A stretch of 64,000 nucleotides of DNA from Candidatus Poribacteria bacterium (GTDB lineage Bacteria; Poribacteria; WGA-4E; PCPOR2b), in the NCBI GenBank assembly GCA_965218095.1, contig OZ244587.1:5056001-5120000 (forward strand), written 5' to 3'. Below are positions 10,366-21,183 of this stretch, in pieces. Within the stretch, counting starts at the first letter, position 1; the number at the start of each line of letters is the position of its first letter. The notes below the pieces were generated by a model, which ran no database searches, was not told the origin of the DNA, and saw only the letters and a program-made list of their open reading frames with translations. Position numbers and translations under genes: made by a program.

Positions 10366-10734
10366 TTACTTCGAGAGGACGAATTCGCAGCCAATCCCAT
10401 AGGTCTCGTCGTCAGCCGTCATCATTAGCGCCATCTCAGGGAATTTGATGATGCGCCAGCCATTGCACATCGCTTCGTGCACTGTCTGATACGGCCAGTC
10501 GTCGGAGTCGTCGGGGCCATTACGTACACCGTCACCGTCTACGATTGCCATAGCCTCGACCAACGATGTGACCAGGGTACTCTGGGCTTGAAGGTACAGC
10601 AGGCGTTGGCATTGACCGTTGGCTTTTATTTGACTGTTCACGCTTTCCAAAGTCCGCTGTAAGTCCCCCTTAGTTAGCGTGCCGGAGCAGAACTTGTCCA
10701 GACACTGTTCCAGTTGTTCCTTCACTTCAACCAT
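10366..10734 (-). CDS. Hypothetical protein, upstream partner of the PhyH gene
   Basis: GGAGG RBS before ATG 10734; ...LLYLQA...WPYQTVHEAMCNGWRIIKFP; co-oriented just upstream of the PhyH gene. Confidence 0.7.
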   Translation of the reverse strand: MVEVKEQLEQCLDKFCSGTLTKGDLQRTLESVNSQIKANGQCQRLLYLQAQSTLVTSLVEAMAIVDGDGVRNGPDDSDDWPYQTVHEAMCNGWRIIKFPEMALMMTADDETYGIGCEFVLSK

Positions 10735-10991
10735 AGCTAAACCTCCAATCGCTTGTGCGAATTTTTCGTCATGTAGATGTTCATTGCTTGCAACATCGCT
10801 CAAATAGGTTCCGTGGTGATTATTATACCCACCTAGCAAGTCCTGTCAATACGAAAGCGTTAGAAGTAATCGTTAAAAGAACGGGAAGAAAGGAAGAAAC
10901 GGAAGGATAGGGTATCCAATCTTCCCTCCTTCCTTTCCTGCCAATTTGATGCACATTATACGAAAAATCAAGCCTCAGTCGGTATAAGGGA

Positions 10992-11390
10992 TTATTCCTG
11001 TTGCCTCAGCACTTGCAGCCCAGTTGCTGGGGAATAAAGGAAAGTGATGTTACCGTCAACATCTGTACGAAGGACGTTTTCTGGTGAGCAAACGGTGTGC
11101 AAAAAATGAAGGGCTTTGGGGTGAGGAAATTGATGACGTTCATGTGGAGCAACAGAGATAATCGCATATTCCGGTCGGATACTTCTCAACACTTCCAAAC
11201 TTGTGCCGTAATTACTCCCGTGGTGACTCACCTTCAGCACACGAGAAGAGAGTTGTCCCCCATGATCTAGGATGATCTGCGCTCAACTCTCAAATTGCGC
11301 GTCGGCAGCCAAAAGCAAGCTAAATTGGGGAGTATACTCAGGGCGAAGCACAAGGGAGGCGTTGTTGATGTCGGAGAGGGTGTTTTTCAA
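10992..11390 (-). pseudogene. ComEC-like metallo-beta-lactamase fold protein, C-terminal remnant
   Basis: INNASLVLR...LLAADAQFES*...LKVSHHGS...P.YAIISV...FPHP...RTDVDGNI; internal TGA and frameshift, N-terminus absent. Confidence 0.75.
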
Positions 11391-11416
11391 TGAGGATGGG
11401 TTGAAAACAAGCGAGG

Positions 11417-12427
11417 TTAACACCCCATACTTGACATCGGTTTCTGTGCAGTTATGATAGCCGAGCCATCCGCCAACGTATCACGCTTAAACTTCTCAAA
11501 TCCAGCCTCCACCAGCCAATTGCGATATTCCTTTTCAGTATAAGCCTGCCCCTCGTCGTAGATATTCAGAAAGACGACGTTGAAGATAGCCGACTCGGGC
11601 GGAGAAATCCGTGAATTATCGAGAATGCCAGCCCCCAAGATATAGATTACACCCCCCGGCGTCATTGACGCACTGATATTTCTGAGCGCACGCCGCGCAT
11701 CCTTCGGCGAGAGCACTTGAATGAATGCCTTCAGGACTGCGACATCAAATTGTCCCTTGAGGGGTTGTTCAACAATGTTAGCCGCTGTGACCTTGACCCG
11801 ATCGGACGTGCCTGCCTCAGTGACGAAGCGCTGCGTGATTGGCGTCACATTCGGCACATCCACGACAGTCACCTGGATGTGCGGGCAGATTTCAGTTACG
11901 GCGACGGCGAGCCCGCCCGAGCCCCCGCCGACATCCAATAACGTCCGACAGGACGAGAAATCGTAGTTTGCTGTCAGCGCCTGTCCTGTTTCGACGGCGC
12001 CCGGATGCAGACTCCGAAAGAACAATTCCAAGTCATCTCTGGACATCGTTGCATAATCGTGCCTAGCTTGTGGTTGCTTGGTGCGGATGGATTCCGCCGT
12101 CTGGAGCGCCGCACCCCACAAATCTGTATACAACTCGTGCGCCCCACCCAGGTAAGATGGACTGGTACGAACCAGAAAGTGGTTTGCCTCGTCAGTGTTG
12201 GCAAAGCGATCTCCCTCGATTGTCAGCAACCCTGCCGCCACTAGCGCGTAGAGCAGCGGCTTGAGTTTAGCTGTTCCTACGCCGATGGCATCGGCAATCT
12301 GTTCGGCACGCATGGGACCATCTCTGAGCGGCGTAAATAGATCCAGCCGCATGCCTGCTAGCAGTGCGAAGGAAGGATAGACGTTCATCAGTTCTTGAAT
12401 GGTTTTCGGTTCAGGGAGTGATGTCAT
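11417..12427 (-). CDS. SAM-dependent O-methyltransferase (Methyltransf_2 with dimerisation domain)
   Basis: LLDVGGGSG SAM motif, N-terminal LDLFT..L..GP..AEQIA helix-turn-helix dimerisation region. Confidence 0.9.
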   Translation of the reverse strand: MTSLPEPKTIQELMNVYPSFALLAGMRLDLFTPLRDGPMRAEQIADAIGVGTAKLKPLLYALVAAGLLTIEGDRFANTDEANHFLVRTSPSYLGGAHELYTDLWGAALQTAESIRTKQPQARHDYATMSRDDLELFFRSLHPGAVETGQALTANYDFSSCRTLLDVGGGSGGLAVAVTEICPHIQVTVVDVPNVTPITQRFVTEAGTSDRVKVTAANIVEQPLKGQFDVAVLKAFIQVLSPKDARRALRNISASMTPGGVIYILGAGILDNSRISPPESAIFNVVFLNIYDEGQAYTEKEYRNWLVEAGFEKFKRDTLADGSAIITAQKPMSSMGC

Positions 12428-12668
12428 GTAATTGGTAACCTGTGTAACAAAGTCAAGTTAGATTAAGTGTGAAATGAATACAGATTCTGAGACCGTTTAC
12501 TTAGCGCCTAATTTGTCAAATGTGGTTTCCTTATCCGTTCAGCAAAAATAGGGAAACGCAGGAAGGAAGGGAAGAATGGAAAGGAGGAAAGGAGTAAGTG
12601 GAGAGTCAGGAAATTATCTCATTATTCGTTGAACTTTTGATTACCCAATGCGCACTACGCTTCACATT

Positions 12669-14956
12669 TTACGCATTCGTGTAATAGAGATGGGAATGCT
12701 TTTGCTGATCAAACCATCGTACTGAAAAGTATAATAAATTCTCCATCATGGCTTGATTGATCTGGACATCGGATTCCGTTTCATTTTTTAAGCTAGTTAC
12801 GATGTACAACCCTTTCTGAAATCGCAAGAGCAAAATCACCCCCTCATCGCCGCCATTGGCTTTCGCGAGCAGCGTGTATTTATTTAGCCGATCCTCCCAC
12901 ATATCGTCTAATTTGATCTGCCCCGACTGAATCTTATAGGGTTCTTTGAAGATTCGGCTCTTTTTTCCATCGCCTGTTACCGTAAATTCTAACGTTTCCT
13001 CGTGTTCAACACCGATGAGTGGTTCCGGAATCCACCCGACACTTTGACGCCGGCGACGCATGTTACTTATATCCTGCCCGGAGACAACCACAATTCCGCC
13101 CCGGCTAACGAAATTCTTAATCCGATGCTCGGCATCGATGTTCAGGCGATACCCATCCTTGTAAATCTCTCCATGTCCAATCCAAAGCAGATGGGTTCTG
13201 GCGATTTGATGTGTCCGTAGATCTTTCACCTGTTCACAGATAATGCGGCGATCTCGGATGCGTTCAAACTGTTCAAGCACAGGGAACTCCTCCTGAGTCA
13301 TGTTCCCGGTCAGTGCAAGGACTTTGAAGGGGAGTTCATGTTTTTTATACGGCTTGATACGCGGGACAACGGGCGTATAGATCAGGGGTGCAAACATCTC
13401 CTGTTCTGATTTGCTCTCATTGATTTCACTGGCTAAGACCGCCTGCGCTGCTATGCGTGCGCGATAGGGTGACAAAATTTTCACAGGCGCTGGTCCCATC
13501 TTCCTCAGTTTATCGTCGAGACGGTGAAATGCGTGTTCAACTGACCAACGCCTGCCGTAACTGTGATCAATTGCCTTGAGATCGATCCGATCTTCGTTGA
13601 TGTTCGTGACATAGCCGTGAATGACGTTGATCCCTCTGATGGGCTTGTCATCCTTGTCCTTGATAGCGATGTCTTTCATTTTTCGGGCCAGGATGGCTTC
13701 AGTTAAGCCACCGAGATCGAGTAGTTCTGGCTGATATTTCTCAGCACTCTCGATAATTTTGCAGTATCCACGCGGAAAGACGATATCTGCTTCGCGTAGG
13801 GATCTGAATGTGAGATGGAGCTTCTTAAAGGATTTGTACGTTCGTTGTTCTTGGATGGCAACCCGCTCGAAAGGGGCGATATAGGCACCGGTCGCAGGGT
13901 GAGACGTTGTACACTGAAAGCCGAGATGCGATAACTATATTTGTAGTCGTGCCCAGAGTCTGGGCTGCCTTCCTTAAACGTGAGGGCCCCAAGCAGTATG
14001 TCATAGGGCGCGTTATTTTCAAAAATGAGGTCATTGCCTTCAATCCTGCACCGCAGCCCCCGATCGTCTCGATGGTTCAGATTAGCGATGTCCAATGTGT
14101 ATTTCCACGCGTCCTCATACCCCAAGCCATCAGTTTGTTTGACATCCATCAGGTGCATGTGCTTGTCGTTATACTCTTTAAGCACAGCGATATACTCTCC
14201 CGTATGGGTTTTGATCTTGACGCGCGTTCCGACAAGCCGCTCGATTAACCGCTCATAGCTTTCATCCATCGCATATTGCCACAATTCCTTTTGAACAGTA
14301 TCGATTGTAGGCTCGCCTTCCTCGCCTTCCTCGCCTTCTTGGACTTCAGTAATCGGTCTAATAGGTCTGAAAACAGCGGTTGACTTGATCTTTCCCCAAA
14401 CCATCTCTACGGTTTTGTTGACAGAGTCTTTGAGAGCAATCCCGAAGTTCCGGGTTTTTCGTCGGAGACGTGTGGGAAAACGGGGATGATAGACACGATC
14501 GAGATCCCAATCTCGTTCTAATCGCTCCCGTTCGTTCATCGAATCAAGGTAGCGGATATAAGCGACGATCCCGGCTGTTTCCGCACCTCTGAAAATATAG
14601 CTTGGCGCATCCCCACGCTGCCGGGATTCTTCGGAAATGATCTCTAACCCGTTTGATTCAAGCCGCATCGTTCCACGATACCGTTTCCCATCTTTCATTT
14701 CAAAAACAATGTACTTTTTCAGCAGCTTCTTTAAGATCTTGTCTTTTTTGAAAAGATTAATCGCATAATTGATACTTGCAAATATGAAAAGGGCAGTCAC
14801 TGTGAGAATCAATGTTCTGATCTCCCAAAAACCGGGCGTATCTTCGTCACTTTGAGCAATAGCGGCATTTGGAAGGCAGATCATGGCAAACAGTTGCAAG
14901 ATCAAAATCAAGCGGAGAATACAGAAAACGTATTTACGACACATTATTCCATTCAC
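12669..14956 (-). pseudogene. Large membrane-anchored hypothetical protein split by a frameshift near 13880-13890
   Basis: The frame of 12669-13679 stays open upstream (YIAPFERVAIQEQRTYKSFKKLHLTFRSLREADIVFPRG...) and overlaps the end of 13703-14956; N-terminal signal and TM segment. Confidence 0.7.
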
Positions 14957-14975
14957 CTCATGTCAAATCTTCCAC

Positions 14976-16826
14976 TTATCCTTTATGCTGGGCTTGAAAG
15001 AGATCAAAGACGGCATCAAGCTTTGCCAGCGCTTTCGAATCATCTGCAAATATGTGAGACAGCCGTTCATAAAATCTGAGGAACGCGTAATCGAACTTCT
15101 GTGATTCCTGGGCAGGTTTTTCAGTCTGGACTAACTCTGTAACGCCGTTCCATCCACTTTCTTCGGCCTTCAGATCCTTGTCAGTGTTCAGACGGCTGGA
15201 GAAAACCTGCTCAAATGCACGAAGTGCTTTACGATACTGCCCATTCCGCAAATATGCCCATGCGAGGGTGTCGAGGAAGTTTTTTTCACCGGGGGCTTGC
15301 TTCACCGCGCTGAGGGCCAGTTCAATTGTCTTTTCAGGCTTGGTTTGCTGTTCGACATAGAGCCATGCAAGATTGTTGCTCCATGTCACATGTGCGGGGT
15401 CTTGCTTGACAGCCTTCTGGTAAAGGGTTTCCAACTTTTGAGACCAAAAGGCGCCCTCTTGAGGAGCAAGCCCTTTTGTACGGATATAAAAGTGCTCCAG
15501 GTTTAGATAAAGTGCGCGATGATAACCGTGTGTGCCTGCAACCCTTTCACACAGTTTGATGTAATCTTCCAGTTCCGCTTTCTCATTTGGACGTTCAAAG
15601 ACTGTCCTCTGGTAAACCCAGCGCAGATTATTATTCCAAATGGGATTATCTGGATCGGCTTGAAGCGCCTTTTCATAGAATAATTTGAGTTTATGAATCC
15701 ATGAAGGTTCATCAGGATAGTTTGTTAATGCTTCGATATAAAGTTCCTCAAGGACCGCGTAGGATCTTGGGTCGTAGCCGCGGTTTTGAATCGCCTTTTC
15801 ATAGCGTTCGATATGGGTGGGGAGATCCGCGGAAGGCAGCGATGGAAACGTCGTACCCATGCGCTTTTCAACCGTTTCCGCTGAATCGGTGAAGTAATGC
15901 AGCACGGTTATGAGGCCGCTTGTAATCACCAAACCCGCTAGTGCAGTTGCAAGCCCTGCCACGACCTTTGTCTCGTGTTCACGATCGGTATAAATTTCTG
16001 GCGCAAGGATCATTGCCCCGGCAAACCCCGTGACCAATCCACCAAGATGGGCAGCATTGTTGATTTGTGGAAAAACGACGCCAAGAAGAAGGTCAATGCC
16101 AATAAATGGGAGGAGGCGTAAACCGAAAATCCGCCTTTGCCTGCGGGGGAGATAGTTTTTATAGCGAAGTCCGAGAGCGACAATGACCCCTATTAATCCG
16201 AAGATCGCACCTGATGCGCCGGCCCCGACGACGTCACGGGAGACGAAAGGCAAGCTTGCAAAGCTGCCGCCGATTGCCGGAATCAGATAGAGAATCAAGA
16301 ATCGCCACCTGCCATACAACCCCTCAAGCAAACGACCAACGATGAGGAGTAAGCCCATATTCAATATGAGATGCAATTCGCCGACATGCAAAAAGGTACT
16401 GGTTAGCAGCCGCCAATATTCTCCTGCTTCAACAATCAGACGATAGGAATATGCACCAAATTGAATGAGAGTCTGCTGATCTCGCGAACGTCCCGCAAAT
16501 TGGTCAAGAAAGAGAAAGATCACAATATTCAACGCAATCAGGGTCAGCGTGACCGCCGGGAGTCTTTTTTGGTAAGCGAGAAACTTCTGCTCTGCTTTTA
16601 ATCTGCTTTCGATCTCTCTCACTTTTGTGATGCCTGTGTCCGCTGAACTGCTATTCAGTCCCCACAGACTCTGGATAAGTTCAAGTTCACGAGCAGACTG
16701 CCACCGACCATTGGTAAGCGTTTCAGAAAAAACGAAGGCATCCGGCGAGATACGACCAAGCCTTATCCAGTCGTAAAAGGTTTGCTCATCGATTTCAAAA
16801 AATTGATTTCCGATTCGGATTTTCAT
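14976..16826 (-). CDS. Rhomboid family intramembrane serine protease with C-terminal TPR-like repeats
   Basis: EYWRLLTSTFLH, HLILNM, GASGAIFG (catalytic Ser), AHLGG (His); NNLAW and LDTLAWAY TPR motifs. Confidence 0.92.
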   Translation of the reverse strand: MKIRIGNQFFEIDEQTFYDWIRLGRISPDAFVFSETLTNGRWQSARELELIQSLWGLNSSSADTGITKVREIESRLKAEQKFLAYQKRLPAVTLTLIALNIVIFLFLDQFAGRSRDQQTLIQFGAYSYRLIVEAGEYWRLLTSTFLHVGELHLILNMGLLLIVGRLLEGLYGRWRFLILYLIPAIGGSFASLPFVSRDVVGAGASGAIFGLIGVIVALGLRYKNYLPRRQRRIFGLRLLPFIGIDLLLGVVFPQINNAAHLGGLVTGFAGAMILAPEIYTDREHETKVVAGLATALAGLVITSGLITVLHYFTDSAETVEKRMGTTFPSLPSADLPTHIERYEKAIQNRGYDPRSYAVLEELYIEALTNYPDEPSWIHKLKLFYEKALQADPDNPIWNNNLRWVYQRTVFERPNEKAELEDYIKLCERVAGTHGYHRALYLNLEHFYIRTKGLAPQEGAFWSQKLETLYQKAVKQDPAHVTWSNNLAWLYVEQQTKPEKTIELALSAVKQAPGEKNFLDTLAWAYLRNGQYRKALRAFEQVFSSRLNTDKDLKAEESGWNGVTELVQTEKPAQESQKFDYAFLRFYERLSHIFADDSKALAKLDAVFDLFQAQHKG

Positions 16827-16853
16827 AAGTTATTTTCAGGCTTATAGTTAACT

Positions 16854-17958
16854 GAGGGGTGCTCATAAGTAGACTTGAGTCAGGATAACGGTTATAATCT
16901 AATCTAACGTGCAAGAAAGAGAGGATTATAACATGGGTTATCCTGACAGTACGTATTATATCACATTTTTGTTTGAACAACTTGACCATTTCAACGCTTC
17001 CAGCCATGCACCGCCACCTGAGAGCCATGGACGTCCGAAATCGTATACAGACGACTGCTTGATTGTCCTTTTTGCCATCTTAACGCTCAAAGGCCTCCAT
17101 CGCTTTAAGGCACAACACAGATGGCTCAAGCTACACCCGCAGTGGCTGTGTCGTCTTAAACTGGCATGTGTTCCGTCTCGGGCAACCCTTTGCCGACGCT
17201 ACAAACAACTCGCTTACCAGCTAGAGGCGTTCATCGGGTATCTCGGTGATGTGGGAATGACTTTGATACCTGACTCACCTCCAGAGGTGGTTTACCAAGA
17301 CAAAAGTCTGTTTAAGGCAAAAGGAAGCGTCTGGCATCAGAAGGATAGAAATGCCAATCGCATCCCAACTGGCATCCGTGCCATTGACACAGACGCCAGT
17401 TGGTCAAAGAGTCACTATCACGGTTGGGTTTACGGCTATGGGCTTCATCTGACCGTCTCTATAGAGGGATTGCCTCGTATGAGTGCCATTGACACCGCGT
17501 GTGTGAGTGAAAAAGCCGTCCTTGACCGACAACTCGACACACTGCTTGAACAGAACATCGGGTATTTAGTCGCTGATGCCGGCTATACCGACTTGAAACG
17601 TACCCAACACTTGGCGAACCAGGGACTGTTGCTAATCACTCCCGTCAGAGGCGCAAAGAGTCAGCGGGCACGGCGTTATGTTGAAGCGGTGAATCAATCG
17701 GCGCAGTTGCAGACCTATCAACACAAGCGCAAGGTTGCTATTGAACCTATCTTTGGATTGTTGAGCCAATTACTATCGACCCATACCAATCATAAGCAAT
17801 TGCCGGTGAGTCGAAAAGCGAATGTCTCTACCTTTTTGATGCTGGGGGTGGTTTTACTGCAACTGGCTATGTTAGTCAATTCTATTTGGGGAAGACCCCT
17901 GAGAAATGTAACACATCTGATTACACTCTTTCGATAAGGGGACTTATGAGCACCCCTC
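16854..17958 (+). mobile_element. Insertion sequence 'IS-A' copy 2 (1105 bp)
   Basis: Same termini and identical transposase protein as 4445-5549; flanks AGTTAACT / ATTTAACT; inserted 27 bp upstream of the rhomboid start. Confidence 0.93.
16909..17937 (+). CDS. DDE transposase, identical to 4500-5528
   Basis: Translated sequence identical in the ORF track. Confidence 0.88.
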   Translation: MQEREDYNMGYPDSTYYITFLFEQLDHFNASSHAPPPESHGRPKSYTDDCLIVLFAILTLKGLHRFKAQHRWLKLHPQWLCRLKLACVPSRATLCRRYKQLAYQLEAFIGYLGDVGMTLIPDSPPEVVYQDKSLFKAKGSVWHQKDRNANRIPTGIRAIDTDASWSKSHYHGWVYGYGLHLTVSIEGLPRMSAIDTACVSEKAVLDRQLDTLLEQNIGYLVADAGYTDLKRTQHLANQGLLLITPVRGAKSQRARRYVEAVNQSAQLQTYQHKRKVAIEPIFGLLSQLLSTHTNHKQLPVSRKANVSTFLMLGVVLLQLAMLVNSIWGRPLRNVTHLITLFR

Positions 17959-17966
17959 ATTTAACT

Positions 17967-17987
17967 GAGGGGTGCTCATAAGTCCCC
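17967..17987 (-). repeat. Solo IS-A right end
   Basis: GAGGGGTGCTCATAAGTCCCC is the exact reverse complement of 17938-17958. Confidence 0.85.
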
Positions 17988-18354
17988 GAAAGGACGGGAG
18001 AAACCGAGTTTTTCGGAAAAACTCCATTTCTGATTCCGTAGAAATTTATCATAAATGCCTGCTAATGTCAACGAAAAATCAGAGTAGGTCAAGCATTTCA
18101 ACGCTATCAGCGAAGCTGCGCCAGTTGTCTGACTTGGATTTAATCTGTTCGAGCACCAAACTTGGCCCCTGCCCGATCTTGAACGTTGGCGCCACTGACT
18201 ACCACAGCAATGATTAGACCCATTGTGTCAACCAGCGGATGTTGTTTGCGCCCTTTGACCCGTTTGTGGGCATCGTAACCTTTGGTCCCCTCCGGTGCCG
18301 GTGCTTCGCACCGAGGATCCTCGACCTCTGGTCGGGATCTGCGACCGAGAGTCC

Positions 18355-18734
18355 GAGACCTTTTTCGGTCGTTTTCACCGATTGACTCTCAAGGATGGCG
18401 GTGCCAGGTTCGGAGTCACGTCCGTCCTGTTTCGGGAACTTTTGGTGCAACGTATCACGGATGGCTTTCCAGGTGCCATCTTTCTCCCACTGCCGGAAGT
18501 CAGTATAGACCCCCATGGCGGAAAGTCATGAGAGGAGGAGTGGCCAGGTCTCTAGCGTAGCGAGATCCCGCGCAGCGGGGCACATCCGGTCCGGAGCAGA
18601 TAAAAGATGGCGTTAAGCATGTCGCGCATGTCCGTTTCTCGCAGACGTTGGGCGGGTTTTACCGGTGGGATTAAAGATTCAACAATCTTCGATTCGACAT
18701 CAGCTAAATCGGTAGGATAGGATTCTCGGTTCAT
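18355..18734 (-). pseudogene. Degraded IS5-family (IS1031-like) transposase
   Basis: YPTDL...IFYLLRTGC(AW)...HDFPPW..VY..FRQW.KDGTW...AILESQSVKTTEKG; frameshifts and a 32-nt insertion at 18549-18580. Confidence 0.85.
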
Positions 18735-18788
18735 AGGTTGGCATTTTATTTCAACTGTCCTGTTTTGTCAATCTTTTCAAACACCCTC

Positions 18789-19787
18789 TTAGACACTTGC
18801 GACCTGCCCCTTCGCGGCTGAATCTTCAGCGGCCAGACAGACTCGCACGGCTTCCATGGCTTCATCCGGCGTAATGATCGCAGGTGTCTTCCCATCCAAA
18901 ATACAATTGGCAAAGTAAATGAGTTCCTCCCGAAGCGCACCGGAGCGCAAATTATGCAGCATTGGCCAGTAAGTCGTGTCTGGCGACTCCCAGCCGTTCT
19001 TATCACAAATCGAAAAGTTCGGATGGCTCTGGTGAATGTGTATCGATCCTTCAGTACCAATAATTTCCATCCGCTCATCAATCCGAAATGGCGTCTGCTC
19101 CGGCAGAAACCAGACGTTTTCACACACACCAATGGCGCCGGTGTTGAAACGATACATCGTCCAGCCGATATCTGGGTAGCGTAACTCCCGCACAGACAAC
19201 GTTTGTGCGTAAACCGTCTCAACCCTGGCGCCTGTATACCATAGCATCAGGTCGGTATCATGGATGCCATCTCCGATGATTGGCCCAATCTTGCTCAGGA
19301 CGCTTTCGCTCACAGAGGCCGGAATATTGCGTCGAGCCGATATAGAAACAATCTTGCCAATCCTGCCGACCTCAATCTCTCGCTTTGCCGCAGCGTAGCG
19401 GGAATTGAATCGGCAGATGTGTCCAACCATGAAGCACTTATCGGATGCGTTTGCCGCGCTAACGATCTCCTCGCACTCGGCGACTGTAGAAGCCATTGGT
19501 TTTTCAACGAAAACATGTTTCCCTGCCAACAGCGCCGCCAATGTTGGACCGACATGCTGGTTCCACATTGTCACAATGCTTACCGCCTCGACCTCAGTGT
19601 TAGCCAGCAAATCATTATAGTCAGTGTAGGTATATGACACACCAAAGCGCTTCGCCAATGCCTCTAATCGTGATTCAGTACGTGTACACAGGGCGAACAA
19701 CTCCGCCTGTGGAATCCCAGAAAGCGCCTCACAGTGGATCTCGCCAAACCGTCCCAAACCAATAACGCCAAACTTGACTTTGCTCAT
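18789..19787 (-). CDS. Gfo/Idh/MocA family oxidoreductase
   Basis: GVIGLGRFG, HVFVEKPMA, DGIHDTD; close paralog of 44549-45559. Confidence 0.92.
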   Translation of the reverse strand: MSKVKFGVIGLGRFGEIHCEALSGIPQAELFALCTRTESRLEALAKRFGVSYTYTDYNDLLANTEVEAVSIVTMWNQHVGPTLAALLAGKHVFVEKPMASTVAECEEIVSAANASDKCFMVGHICRFNSRYAAAKREIEVGRIGKIVSISARRNIPASVSESVLSKIGPIIGDGIHDTDLMLWYTGARVETVYAQTLSVRELRYPDIGWTMYRFNTGAIGVCENVWFLPEQTPFRIDERMEIIGTEGSIHIHQSHPNFSICDKNGWESPDTTYWPMLHNLRSGALREELIYFANCILDGKTPAIITPDEAMEAVRVCLAAEDSAAKGQVASV

Positions 19788-19789
19788 AG

Positions 19790-19833
19790 CTGGTACTTCT
19801 CCTTAGTATTACTGGTACTTCTCCTTAGTATTA
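19790..19833. repeat. Perfect 22-bp tandem duplication spanning an RBS
   Basis: CTGGTACTTCTCCTTAGTATTA x2. Confidence 0.9.
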
Positions 19834-19902
19834 AACGAGACTGGCTGTCGTAGAGCATGCAGTGCTCGTCCGAGAATCGGACCCTGATAGATCGCTCTTT
19901 CT

Positions 19903-20965
19903 TCACCAACTCGACACCCAACGCTCCCGATTCGGAATCGGCGGGCGGACGGGGAGGCCGCCTTGCAGATGTGATTCATAGATGCCAAATCCGATTTCCG
20001 TGCTCAACATCGTTGCGCGTAGGTTGCTAACCCCCGGTTTGCCAGTGCTGATAGATGCCACCAGTTCACGGATTTTGCACTCCGTGCCGCTCCAGGGGGT
20101 TACGGTTTCAACTTCGATGGGGTCATAGGCGCGGTACTGCCCATCCTTTTTACGCACATAGAGGGACTCGCCATCGTTCTGGATGCGGATGATGCCTTCT
20201 TCGCAGACTACCTTGATGTCATAGCCCATCCCTGTGCCCGCCACATGCAGGGTGGTACCACTGCCAAATTCGACCAACGCACTCCGGATGGATGTATCCC
20301 TGATGAACCACATGTTTGAAGTATCTCCCTCGGCAGGGTGGAGTTCGCCTAACGTGCCGCGAATGGAGACTACCGGCTCAGGGTCGCCTAAGAGACAGAG
20401 CAGGGTGTCGAGGAAATGCCCACCGATGCTGTTGCCCGAAAAGCCGACTACCGACTTGAGTGCGCCTAACGCTCCGCTAGTGACAATCTCCCGCGCCTGT
20501 CGATAGACCGCCCAGTTTCGCCTCGGAGGCCCAAACTCTAGGAAAACGCCATTGCGCTCAAAGGCATCTCTGATCGCGTCTGCCTCGACCAATGAACAGC
20601 AGAACCAATGAACAGCAGAGGGGTTTCTCTGTGAACATCCCCTGAATACCGTGCTCGGCGCCATAAATCATCGCCTCCGCATGCTGCTCTGGACGGGTGG
20701 TGATGCTGAGAATATCGGGCTGTTCCACGTCAATTAACTCTCGAAAATCGAGATAACCACGTGAAACGCCCCAACGTTCTTGGAAAGCCCTGAGTTTCTC
20801 CTCCACGATGTCGCATGCAGCAACCATCTCCGTCTCCTCAACGAGTGCATAGCTGCCCGCGTGGCACAACGGCAGCACGATGCCTCCACGTCGTGGTCCC
20901 TGCAACTCGTCGTCAATGGTGCTAGCGATGCGCCCGCAGCCAATGATACCGATCCGAAATGTCAT
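19903..20965 (-). pseudogene. Gfo/Idh/MocA oxidoreductase frameshifted by a 16-bp tandem duplication
   Basis: GIIGCGRIA...EKPLCCSLV continues in another frame as CCSLVEADAI; ACCAATGAACAGCAGA x2 at 20588-20619. Confidence 0.88.
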
Positions 20966-21121
20966 GTTGACCTCCTCTCATACCCTGCATCGAATTGTAG
21001 ATGCGGTAAGGACAGCCGTCTCAGAAGCCAATTGGCAGGGAATCCACTTCTCGTTTACAAAATTAACGACTTGTGCTAGTTTTTCTCAATGCAGATGCAG
21101 TATGGTTTATAATGGTTTATA

Positions 21122-21183
21122 GTAGTAGCGTAATTCATTGCGCGTTTGTTCCTAACGTGCGATGAATCGCACGACTATGAACG
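21122..21183. repeat. REP-like inverted doublet (GTAG-type REPIN)
   Basis: GTAGTAGCGTAATTCATTGCGCG...ACGTGCGATGAATCGCACGACTATGAACG; second copy at 63763-63902. Confidence 0.7.

Noticed and set aside
10880-10940. Purine-rich and heptamer-like intergenic tracts (also ~8170, 12560, 23170, 28700, 30525)
   Set aside because: Degenerate short tandem or hairpin filler with no consistent unit or spacer structure; no function can be supported
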